Positions 1 through 7,975 of a DNA stretch of 64,000 nucleotides are shown here, one piece after another. Made by a program: the position numbers and the translations under genes. The notes beneath the pieces are model-generated. The model had not been told where the DNA came from and did no database searches. It saw only the letters and a program-made list of their open reading frames with translations. The stretch comes from a virus, in the IMG/VR virus record IMGVR_UViG_3300021420_000021, positions 30,267 through 94,266 of that record; one strand, 5' to 3'. The first letter of the stretch is position 1. Each line of letters starts with the position of its first letter.

Positions 1-105
1 CGACAATTTGGAAGACCTTGTAAAGAACTTATGATACAGTCCGATCTCATGGGCGACCATGAGTGCGATTCTAGTGGAAACTAGAAATCCTAAACAATAA
101 TACCA
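1..105 (+). mobile_element. 3' part of a group I intron (P7 3' strand, P9-type hairpins) with the tail of an intron-encoded ORF, inside the probable capsid gene
   Basis: GATACAGTCC (33-42) resembles the group I S element (AGAUAUAGUCC). Two GNRA-capped hairpins follow: CTCATGG-GCGA-CCATGAG (46-63) and TTCTAGT-GGAA-ACTAGAA (69-86). Frame 1 reads ...ELMIQSDLMGDHECDSSGN*, as when intron ORFs run into the core. The 3' splice site is not resolvable. Confidence 0.65.
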
Positions 106-498
106 GTTGGACAAGCTAAGATGGACGAACTCGTCTCGGTCGATTTGACCGAAGTTATCGAGTTGCCGTCTAGCGGAGTGCAATTCTTTCAGACTAACCT
201 AGTCACTCAAAGTAACAATTACAAGTCTGTTGCTGGACTTGTAGGTCTTCGGACTTACATTTTTGGCAGAGACGGCGTATTTGCTATCAATCTAGGTGCA
301 AAAGGCGACACTGGCTATGGTGATGGCGAGTGGCGGAATATAGAATGCAATATTATGCAGAACGTTGCACCGACCGTCGCGGACCCCGAAGGCCTCATAC
401 CGGGATGGACTTCTTACAGAGTTCATTTCACCACGAGCCTCGGACCCGATACTACGATTCGGCAGAGACAAATTGATGCCGCTTCAGCCATAAGCTAA
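103..498 (+). CDS. probable major capsid protein, C-terminal exon
   Basis: No SD before ATG 121, and the frame is open from ~94 after the intron-like sequence. The C-terminus (RTYIFGRDGVFAINL...ADPEGLIPGWTSYRVHF) resembles N4-gp56-like capsid ends, and the ORF precedes decoration-type genes. Confidence 0.55.
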   Translation, partial: PVGQAKMDELVSVDLTEVIELPSSGVQFFQTNLVTQSNNYKSVAGLVGLRTYIFGRDGVFAINLGAKGDTGYGDGEWRNIECNIMQNVAPTVADPEGLIPGWTSYRVHFTTSLGPDTTIRQRQIDAASAIS

Positions 499-522
499 AC
501 AAAATAAAGGACTTAAATGTTC

Positions 523-551
523 TTGACTTGTTTGATGTTGTGTGGTAAAGT
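523..551 (+). promoter_or_regulatory. sigma70-like promoter
   Basis: TTGACT-17 bp-TAAAGT with TG extension. Confidence 0.6.
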
Positions 552-573
552 AGTACAGATGTAAATTTCGATA

Positions 574-627
574 GGGGTAGGGTGCCGCAATCACCTTACC
601 CTGATTCGATAGCTCTATTGCGGAGAG
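574..627 (+). promoter_or_regulatory. kissing-hairpin / pseudoknot element overlapping the SD (copy 1)
   Basis: Stem 574-584/592-602; loop CCGCAAT is perfectly complementary to ATTGCGG (617-623), itself the loop of CTCT/AGAG, overlapping SD GGAGAG. Confidence 0.7.
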
Positions 628-635
628 AAAATAAC

Positions 636-1220
636 ATGTTTGAAAAAGGCAATACTTTTAGTCAAGGCCGAAAAATTGGTTCGCACAGTGAACAAGAAAT
701 TCAAGCTTTAAAAGAACGCAATGCCGCCCGAAAGGGTCAACCTATCACATCTGAGAAAATGTTAGCCGCTTCGCGAGCGGGGTGCAAAGCAATGAACGCT
801 GTTAGGCACTTAAAAGCAGGCCATATTTTAGAAAATGTTGATTCTGTCGCCCTTACAGGTGATTGTCACATTTGTGGTCAAGTGCCGATTAAGGTAATGA
901 AGCATAGAGCGAATGGCGCTTTACGCGATCAATATTTATGTTGGGTTGGAACTCGTTGCAGAGAGACAGACGGAGCACCTGCCAAAGTCGCGTATAAGAA
1001 TCAAGCATTAGAGATGTGGAACAATCAACATGGCAATTGTGCTTTGTGTTACAAATACATGGTTCGCGCAGGAAACACCAACGAAGGTGCAACGTTAGAT
1101 CATTGTCACACGACCGGATTTATACGCGGCTTTATTCATCAAGGCTGCAATAAAGGTTTGGGTCACTTTTTAGACGACCCTGAAGTTTTAAAAATGGCTG
1201 CTGAGTATTTACTTAGATAG
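636..1220 (+). CDS. endonuclease VII-like (His-Me) free-standing homing endonuclease
   Basis: CALC...LDHCHTTGFIRGFIHQGCNKGLGHFLDDPEVLKMAAEYL; SD GGAGAG before ATG 636. Confidence 0.85.
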   Translation: MFEKGNTFSQGRKIGSHSEQEIQALKERNAARKGQPITSEKMLAASRAGCKAMNAVRHLKAGHILENVDSVALTGDCHICGQVPIKVMKHRANGALRDQYLCWVGTRCRETDGAPAKVAYKNQALEMWNNQHGNCALCYKYMVRAGNTNEGATLDHCHTTGFIRGFIHQGCNKGLGHFLDDPEVLKMAAEYLLR

Positions 1221-1240
1221 CCGGAAAAGGAACATGAATT

Positions 1241-2464
1241 ATGCCTATCCCCGCACAAACAACGGGTCTTGGAACCGCCGTCGCAGTCACGTTGGCGGGA
1301 ACTGGAGTCATACAGGAAAAGACACCTGTTGCTGGAACTCAAGGAATTTCGCACTACAATGTAACTCTGTCTTTGTCCGGGACCGGATTTCCGAGCACTG
1401 TCGCGGTCAGTGCTTCGACCATTGACGTTGCTGGAAACGTCGTTAGTAATGGCGGCGCTTCAGGATCGACGCAATTGGGCGCAGCCGCCGCAGCTTATGC
1501 TATTCTTGCCGCTGCTGGAATTACTAATACTGGCGCGACTGTCATTTCTGGCGGAAATATCGGTTCGTATCCGACTGCAACTGAAACCGGATTTACCGGG
1601 GCAAATTTTGTTCCTCCGGCGACGACTGATAACGCTGATGCACAAGCAGGACTCGCCGCCGCTTTGGTAACATATAACGCGCTATCGGCTTTGACTTTTA
1701 CGTCTTTGTCCGCGTCTTCGGCCAATTTAAGCACTCTTGGTAACGGAAGTACAGCTTCGACTTATACCGCAGGTAATTATTCTGCTGGCACAAGTATGGA
1801 CATTCCGACGAGTATTACTCTTGACGCGCAAGGTAATCCCGGCGCGGTATTTATATTTAAAGCCGGATCGACACTGACTCTCGAATCTAACGCGTCTGTT
1901 CTTCTTGTCAACGGCGCTCAAGCCGCGAACGTTTATTGGCTGGTCGGTAGTTCATTTACTTCGATCTTTGGAACTGTGTCCGTCATGAACGGAAATATTC
2001 TTGCCAATACAAGTATTACTCTTGGCGGTGGCGTCCTGAATGGCCGAGCGCTCGCCGGAATTGTGACTTCATCTGGCGCAGTTACAATTGCGACTGCCGA
2101 AGCAATTACAGTTCCCGGATTTTCGCAAAGCACAGCTTCAGGAATGAACGCAGTTAGTTATAATGCATGGCCGCGTTTGGTTGGCGGCGTTACACAGACT
2201 CGCGATGGTGTGACTCGTAATGCGCAAGATGTCACTGTTTCTTATCCGGCTCCGACTTCAGGTCCGGGCGGCGTTGCTGATGTGTCAGATGTCAATAATC
2301 CATTCCTTGTTACCGCGTATCGTGTCGGTCAAGCGTGGGTCGAATTCTTTTCTCCAACTTTCGGAAATTCCGAACCATTGGCGACAGATATTGAGTCGAA
2401 TTTGACCGAAGGTTTTCCGACCGATAAGATACAGGCCCAACTTTTAGTAAACGTCGTGAAGTAG
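1241..2464 (+). CDS. virion decoration-type protein with inserted DUF3494 ice-binding-like domain
   Basis: nt ~1472-2116 encode YAILAAAGITNTGATVISGGNIG...ITLDAQGNPGAVFIF...LLVNGAQAANVYWLVGSS...GNILANTSITLGGGVLNGRALA; the flanks are paralogous to the next two ORFs. Confidence 0.85.
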   Translation: MPIPAQTTGLGTAVAVTLAGTGVIQEKTPVAGTQGISHYNVTLSLSGTGFPSTVAVSASTIDVAGNVVSNGGASGSTQLGAAAAAYAILAAAGITNTGATVISGGNIGSYPTATETGFTGANFVPPATTDNADAQAGLAAALVTYNALSALTFTSLSASSANLSTLGNGSTASTYTAGNYSAGTSMDIPTSITLDAQGNPGAVFIFKAGSTLTLESNASVLLVNGAQAANVYWLVGSSFTSIFGTVSVMNGNILANTSITLGGGVLNGRALAGIVTSSGAVTIATAEAITVPGFSQSTASGMNAVSYNAWPRLVGGVTQTRDGVTRNAQDVTVSYPAPTSGPGGVADVSDVNNPFLVTAYRVGQAWVEFFSPTFGNSEPLATDIESNLTEGFPTDKIQAQLLVNVVK

Positions 2465-2483
2465 TTTAAAGAAAAGAGAAATC

Positions 2484-3041
2484 ATGTCTAATCCAGTTCC
2501 TCCCCATAATCCTACTGACGGATTGTCGTCTGCGTGTTTTGTGCAGCTATCAGGCACAGGCGTTATTGTCGATCCGAAGCAGACAAGACCGCCGTCTGCT
2601 AATTACCCAAATGCAGGACATTATGAAGTTACTTTGAGTGTTTCTGGCGCAAATGGTTTAGCGTCTTCTGTCGTTATAACACCATCACTTGTTGATGTGT
2701 CTAATACAGCGTATGCTTCGACTGCTGCGTCTTGGGTTTATCGGTCGTATAACGATCCTCAAGTAACCGAAGCAAGTCTTCCAACAGGACCGGGAAATCC
2801 GACTAATCTTGCGCCGAAGCCGACGCAGACTGCGAAACTTGCGTCTGTTAGCGCATCTGGAGCATCAACAGTAACCGTCACTGCGCTGTCTCCGGGCAAA
2901 GCAATTGTATCCGCAATTTACCCCACCTTCGATAACGCAGAAGGAAATGTTACAGTTGGCAATCTTGGCGGACCCTTGGCCGGAACTACAGTGCCGAAAG
3001 ATTATATTTTTTCATTTCTCGATGTAAAAATATTTCCGTAA
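2484..3041 (+). CDS. Ig-like virion decoration-type protein (paralog of 1241 without the insert)
   Basis: Shared motifs T.GL...V.L.GTG, HY.VTLS.SG, DV, SYN, VTA...G.A.V. Confidence 0.6.
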   Translation: MSNPVPPHNPTDGLSSACFVQLSGTGVIVDPKQTRPPSANYPNAGHYEVTLSVSGANGLASSVVITPSLVDVSNTAYASTAASWVYRSYNDPQVTEASLPTGPGNPTNLAPKPTQTAKLASVSASGASTVTVTALSPGKAIVSAIYPTFDNAEGNVTVGNLGGPLAGTTVPKDYIFSFLDVKIFP

Positions 3042-3059
3042 ATTTAGCAGAAAGGTATT

Positions 3060-3647
3060 ATGCCGCCTCTTTTTCCAAGTTCGCAGAACAGCTTAAATTA
3101 TACAACGGGCGTAGGAATTCCGGCCCGAGTTGCCCTTAGTGGGACCGCAGCCGGAGGTAATAGTGTGACACAGCAACAGTCCGCCACGATTGACGGAACT
3201 TCGTATGTTGTTCTTCAAATGCGTGGTCCTGAATACTATCTTCTGATGACTTTGCCGTCTGATACGTGTCAATTGAGTGCCGGGATTGTAGATGTCGCTG
3301 GCAATGCGAGCACGGTTGATGCGAGTAATACGTTTACTTATACATCGTGGAACGCGAGTTCGGTCGTATTATCGATGTCGAATACTGGAAGTGCATCAGG
3401 ATCGGAGTTCGTATCTTTTTCTGCCGCAAATATGGGTACAGGCTGGATGCCTTCGAATCTGGCATGGGAAAGTAAAGTTGTAACTATCTCTTCGTCTGGT
3501 TTGATTACTGCGAACGCAAAAGGCCATGCGGTAGTGGAGTGTCGCTACCCCTTAAGTAAAGCATCGAACAATCCCGTTACGAATGGTTTAAATACGACAG
3601 ACAACCCACAATTTATTGCGGCATTGCTTGTAATTCGAGTCAATTAA
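3060..3647 (+). CDS. Ig-like (Big_2-like) virion protein, third paralog
   Basis: TTGVG...VALSGT, DVAGN, VVTISSSGLITANAKGHAVV. Confidence 0.55.
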   Translation: MPPLFPSSQNSLNYTTGVGIPARVALSGTAAGGNSVTQQQSATIDGTSYVVLQMRGPEYYLLMTLPSDTCQLSAGIVDVAGNASTVDASNTFTYTSWNASSVVLSMSNTGSASGSEFVSFSAANMGTGWMPSNLAWESKVVTISSSGLITANAKGHAVVECRYPLSKASNNPVTNGLNTTDNPQFIAALLVIRVN

Positions 3648-3673
3648 TTATACATGATATAATAGGAGGAACT

Positions 3674-3991
3674 ATGTCTGATGATCGGAACTATATTGCT
3701 AGTTTAGAAGAGGCGCTCGAAGATATCACTGAAGATAATCTTAGATTGCGCAACACAAACAGAATTCTCCGGGCCGTAAATTCAGGACTTCGGTCGAAAC
3801 TTGAAATCGCGCATAAGAACGACGAAGAGTTTGTTTCGGCGTGTCAATGGGATGAAGAAATCGACGCTCGCGCCGCACAAATTGATTCAGAATCTGACTC
3901 GACAGGATATGTCGAGTATGTCGAAGAGAAATCTGACTATCCGCAAGGATTTCAAGAATATTGGGGAATTGGCAACACAAGTTATACGTAA
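3674..3991 (+). CDS. hypothetical coiled-coil acidic protein
   Basis: SD AGGGAG; TGATATAAT upstream; heptad-like N-terminal half. Confidence 0.6.
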   Translation: MSDDRNYIASLEEALEDITEDNLRLRNTNRILRAVNSGLRSKLEIAHKNDEEFVSACQWDEEIDARAAQIDSESDSTGYVEYVEEKSDYPQGFQEYWGIGNTSYT

Positions 3992-3994
3992 TTA

Positions 3995-4166
3995 AGTGAA
4001 CAAGGTTAAGAAAAAGTGGATTACTATTTCTTAGTCTAATCGGACGGACGGTCTAGAACGACCGCGAGATGTTAGTCGTTGTTGCGCCTGATCCGCGCAA
4101 AGAGACGCTGATTTCACTAGTGCAAGGGCTTCTCTGGGAGCCTGAACCGGAGGAGCACAAGCACTA
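3995..4166 (+). ncRNA. candidate two-domain structured RNA with complementary loops
   Basis: Closing helix 3995-4000/4113-4118; arms 4003-4037, 4049-4064 and 4071-4112; loops GGATT (4018-4022) and GATCC (4090-4094) are complementary; second hairpin domain 4118-4166. Confidence 0.55.
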
Positions 4167-4187
4167 CAATTTAAACGGAGGAGGAAA

Positions 4188-4667
4188 ATGAAGTTACTAA
4201 ACCGTATTAGAACTTGGTTGCTTTATAAGTTATGGAAGCCAAAGGATAAATCACCCGAAGAACTAGAGTTTGCGAGAGAAAAAGGTAAGATTTTAACTCA
4301 GCAAAAACAATGGGATGATCAAAGACATGTCGGATGTTCACACCTTAAAGGCGGGAATGTAGGGAACGTGTTTGGCGGCGATTTCAGTAAGTTTGCCCAA
4401 GGTTGGTATAACGGACAAAATGGGCAATACGCAGTAATCAAGCATCAGATGGCGAATGGCGATATTTATGTAAACTGTTTACGATGCGGTAAGAAGTGGA
4501 AAAAGCCAATAAGATCGTCATTTAAGAAAGAACAAGATTACTTAATAGCTCTTGCAGAGTACGAAACTGCTGTGAAGTTTCCTACGAATAATAGCATGTC
4601 TACATCGATTCAATTACGATTTTCTGACAATGGCGAAGCGCATCGTAAAGCGATAGAGAATAGTTAA
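4188..4667 (+). CDS. Zn-binding hypothetical protein (paralog of 5936..6577)
   Basis: CSHLKGG...QYAVIKHQM.NGDI.V.CLRCGK.W; strong SD GGAGGAGG. Confidence 0.75.
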   Translation: MKLLNRIRTWLLYKLWKPKDKSPEELEFAREKGKILTQQKQWDDQRHVGCSHLKGGNVGNVFGGDFSKFAQGWYNGQNGQYAVIKHQMANGDIYVNCLRCGKKWKKPIRSSFKKEQDYLIALAEYETAVKFPTNNSMSTSIQLRFSDNGEAHRKAIENS

Positions 4668-4693
4668 ATTTCGCAGTGTCATGAACTGTGAAC

Positions 4694-4736
4694 GGGCGAT
4701 AGCCTTCTACTATCGCCCACTCTTTAGAAGGGAGAG
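4694..4736 (+). promoter_or_regulatory. kissing-hairpin / pseudoknot element overlapping the SD (copy 2)
   Basis: Stem GGGCGATAG/CTATCGCCC; loop CCTTCTA is complementary to TAGAAGG (4725-4731), the loop of CTCTT/GAGAG. Confidence 0.75.
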
Positions 4737-4740
4737 AAGT

Positions 4741-5280
4741 ATGCGAATTGAAACAAACATAAGAAGCATTAAAGATTTATCCAACATGAAATTTGGTAGA
4801 TTGATACCGATTATGCCTATTGCAAAAGATAGGTTTAATAAGACGATATGGCTAATGTTGTGCGATTGCGGCAAGACAAAAGCTATAAACAGCGCAAATT
4901 TGAGTTCAAAACATACTCAGAGTTGCGGGTGTTTACGCGATGAGTGTCAGTCTGCGCTTAAACATGGTGCTAGTTGTCGCGGTAAGATAACGCCTGAGTA
5001 TCAAGCTTTTAGAGCGGCGAAAGAACGCTGTACTAACCCAAAGAATAAAGCATATAAATATTATGGCGGAAGAGGAATCGAGTTTCGTTTTGTTAGTTTT
5101 GAAGAGTTTTTTGCGGAGATAGGTTTACGACCCGACGCGATGTCGCTAGATAGGATTGAGGTAAACGGGCATTATGAAAAAGGGAATGTTCGTTGGGCGA
5201 CTCAAAGTCAGCAAGTACAAAATCGTAGATCACAGCCTGAAATTCTTTTACAGTATGCGGCAGCATTAGGAGGAGTGTGA
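4741..5280 (+). CDS. HNH homing endonuclease
   Basis: CDCG...SCGC; RC.NP...YYGGRGI...SLDRIEVNGHYEKGNVRWAT; start moved to the ATG after the SD. Confidence 0.85.
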   Translation: MRIETNIRSIKDLSNMKFGRLIPIMPIAKDRFNKTIWLMLCDCGKTKAINSANLSSKHTQSCGCLRDECQSALKHGASCRGKITPEYQAFRAAKERCTNPKNKAYKYYGGRGIEFRFVSFEEFFAEIGLRPDAMSLDRIEVNGHYEKGNVRWATQSQQVQNRRSQPEILLQYAAALGGV

Positions 5281-5951
5281 GTCAACCAACACAAGAGGAG
5301 ATTCAACGTCTTCAGGGAACACGGCTCAATACGGAGAAAGCACCGTGGCAGACGTATTCTGAGGAGTTGGATGTGAAGATGTCGCCAGAGTTAGCGGCAG
5401 AAGTTGCCGACTACAGCACGCGATATCACGACTCAGAATCTAGTAATCAGAATAAAGAAGAATTGGCCCGATGGCAAGAGCAGAATTATGACGCGATGGG
5501 CGAATATCGATGGGCAAGTCCAGAAGAATATGCCGATATTGAAGCTCGAATCGGACGAATTATGCATCACAGCGAATTCGTGACGCGATTGAAGAAGATC
5601 GGCGTTCGATGTGCGTTACGCGATCATCCGCAAACAGATAAATTGACTTTGCTTGTACAACGCGGAAATGATGTTTTAAAGCCATATGAAGTTGGATGTT
5701 GGATAAAGAATGGATTCGCGCCAGAATTTTCAGTCATGGGATTTGATGAGCATGGAGTTCCACTCGCAGAGCGTTACAGGGGTTGGCGCACCGCGATTCT
5801 TCAGCTTATTCTTAAACAAGTATTGACGGAAGAACAAGCGCATAAAGAATTTGGAAGTACAGATCGATGTTGTGCCGGGAGATATAATTCAATACTTCAC
5901 GGCATCAGGAATACAGTAGATAAAGAGGAGGAGCAATGTCAGACGAAGTAA
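5277..5951 (+). CDS. hypothetical protein (head cluster)
   Basis: 224 aa, SD AGGAG, overlaps both neighbours. Confidence 0.7.
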   Translation: MSQPTQEEIQRLQGTRLNTEKAPWQTYSEELDVKMSPELAAEVADYSTRYHDSESSNQNKEELARWQEQNYDAMGEYRWASPEEYADIEARIGRIMHHSEFVTRLKKIGVRCALRDHPQTDKLTLLVQRGNDVLKPYEVGCWIKNGFAPEFSVMGFDEHGVPLAERYRGWRTAILQLILKQVLTEEQAHKEFGSTDRCCAGRYNSILHGIRNTVDKEEEQCQTK

Positions 5952-6577
5952 AGAAACATTCTGCGACAGAAGAGTTGGCGCAGTTAGACTTACAGATTAA
6001 GCGCGAAGAACTTGAACAGTTGAAATTGTCAAGACAAGAGCGCGAATATTCGATCAAAGATTTGAAAGGAAGACTAGCCGAGCGCGACGTAAAAGAACTT
6101 CAGAAGAAAGAAGATCGTGAAGCGCAAGGCCGGACTTTCGCGCAGCAGAGAGGAACTGACGAAGCTCGTTGGAAGATTTGTACGCATAAAAAGGGCGGAA
6201 ACGTCAGTCAGCGCGATATGCGTGTTCTGAGTACAGGCGGAAACGCCGCGCAATACGCAGTTATGAAGCACCAGATGATTAATGGTGATATTTGGGTCCG
6301 TTGTTTGCGTTGCGGTAAAACTTGGTCGCCGCCGCTGAAATCGAAGTTCTATTTTGATAATCGCGGTAAGCAAGTTCCGGCGCATTCGGGCGAATTTAAC
6401 AAAGACCGTTTTGACGCAGCAGTTCTTGATTATCAACGCGCAGTTGCATTCGAAACGAATAATACGATGTCCGGATCGGTCCAAGTTCGGTTCTCCCGAT
6501 GGGACGAAAAGAGTCAGCAACTCGTTGATGCATCGAAAGACTACGCCGAATCGATTGCCGATACGACATTGCGCTAG
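5936..6577 (+). CDS. coiled-coil plus Zn-binding protein (paralog of 4188..4667)
   Basis: CTHKKGG...QYAVMKHQMINGDIWVRCLRCGKTW...FETNNTMS. Confidence 0.75.
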   Translation: MSDEVKKHSATEELAQLDLQIKREELEQLKLSRQEREYSIKDLKGRLAERDVKELQKKEDREAQGRTFAQQRGTDEARWKICTHKKGGNVSQRDMRVLSTGGNAAQYAVMKHQMINGDIWVRCLRCGKTWSPPLKSKFYFDNRGKQVPAHSGEFNKDRFDAAVLDYQRAVAFETNNTMSGSVQVRFSRWDEKSQQLVDASKDYAESIADTTLR

Positions 6578-6628
6578 AATTAACGTCGCCGCTGAGTGCG
6601 GTTTGCGCCCCTAAAACGGGAACACTCT

Positions 6629-6667
6629 TCGGGCGGGTTTGATTTAAAGATCGCCCGCCCGATTTTT
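6629..6667 (+). terminator. intrinsic terminator
   Basis: TCGGGCGGG...CCCGCCCGA followed by TTTTT. Confidence 0.7.
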
Positions 6668-6687
6668 ATATTGTGTAGAAAGTAGAA

Positions 6688-7773
6688 ATGGCAACTTCAA
6701 ACAGCACTCTGACCTTGCAAGAATTAGTGGACGACTGTAAATCAATGGCCGATCTTGCGCCCGCGTTAGCGACAGGCGGATATTCTGATCAACCCGCGCT
6801 TTCAATCGCCAATGACGTGATGCAGAATATGGTCGCGGGCGGGCCTGAAGGTCAGCCGTTTAACTGGAAATGGAATCGCATGGTCGAGACTCCATTTTTC
6901 ATTAATTCGTGGCAGCAAGATTATTTCATCCCGAACCTTGTTACACTTGGATGGCTTGAAAGTTGCACCGCATCTTGTTTCTCTACGACACAATTTCCCA
7001 AGCCGATTTTACCGATTGAAGTAAAACGAGACTTGTTGATCGTTAGTTTACAGACTTCGCAAACTGCGAAGATTTGCTGGATGCAAAATGACACTATGTT
7101 GGCAGGAACTTGGGGGCAAACAGAACAAGCTTCAGCAACAGGATTGGCGAATCCGGGTCCGGGCGTTGTTATCACGAATCCGGCAAATCAGCCGTCAATG
7201 CCGATCAATCCTACGACACAGGTGAAAGACGCTTTTGGCAATTTGTGGGTTGTGACGACTTACGGGACTTGCGGCAGTTCGAATCCATTTGCGACGAATC
7301 TTAATCCAGCATTTCCGACATTGCAGAATCAAAGCATTGTATCGACTACAGTAAACGATGGAACTGTTGTTTGGACCGCAGTTAATCCGAAAGGTCAAGG
7401 ATTTCGAATCAATCCACTTCCCGGCCAAACCGGGCCAGTTTGGTTAATTCAACCAGTCGGCCAGAACCGAGTTCAAAGACTGACGAGTTACGGACAATTT
7501 CTTGATCCGATTCCAGATGATTTTTATACATTTTTCAAACAAGGATTTTTCGCCCAATGTTATCGCCGTTCGCCCGATCCAAAAGTCCGGGCGAAGTTCG
7601 AAATGGAATATCAGCTATGGCAAAAAGCATTAGTCAATGCCGTCAGACAAGGCGCACGAGAAATCGATGATTGGGGCTTTTATCCAACATCGAATGTCAT
7701 GGATGGAACTGGATACGGAGGTTGGGTTGGTGCAACGCCCGCACTACCGTATGGCCCCTGGCAAGGTTATTAG
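6688..7773 (+). CDS. head-tail adaptor / tail tubular A-like protein with carbohydrate-binding-like insert
   Basis: Position; PFNWKWN...QDY as in adaptor proteins; insert DAFGNLWVV...DGTVVWT; paralog of 7972. Confidence 0.55.
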   Translation: MATSNSTLTLQELVDDCKSMADLAPALATGGYSDQPALSIANDVMQNMVAGGPEGQPFNWKWNRMVETPFFINSWQQDYFIPNLVTLGWLESCTASCFSTTQFPKPILPIEVKRDLLIVSLQTSQTAKICWMQNDTMLAGTWGQTEQASATGLANPGPGVVITNPANQPSMPINPTTQVKDAFGNLWVVTTYGTCGSSNPFATNLNPAFPTLQNQSIVSTTVNDGTVVWTAVNPKGQGFRINPLPGQTGPVWLIQPVGQNRVQRLTSYGQFLDPIPDDFYTFFKQGFFAQCYRRSPDPKVRAKFEMEYQLWQKALVNAVRQGAREIDDWGFYPTSNVMDGTGYGGWVGATPALPYGPWQGY

Positions 7774-7975
7774 AATCAATAATTTACAGACAATTTCACT
7801 ATATTGTGTACAAAGATGTTGATCATGAGCATGAGAAACCCGGCACGCATCGTGGCATTCTTTGCGCATGGTGTAACACAGCACTCGGCAGATTAGAGCC
7901 GAATATGCAGAAAGTCTTAGAATATCTGGCCGAGTATGGAAAATACTACGAGCCTCCGCTAAAGGATTTAAATGC
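7774..7975 (+). pseudogene. truncated endonuclease VII remnant
   Basis: Only VDHEHE...HRGILCAWCNTALGRLE...LEYL remains; no N-terminal CxxC and no plausible start. Confidence 0.65.

Noticed and set aside
6586-6628. HDV-like or twister ribozyme
   Set aside because: Some pairing is possible, but the nested double pseudoknot and catalytic residues could not be assigned
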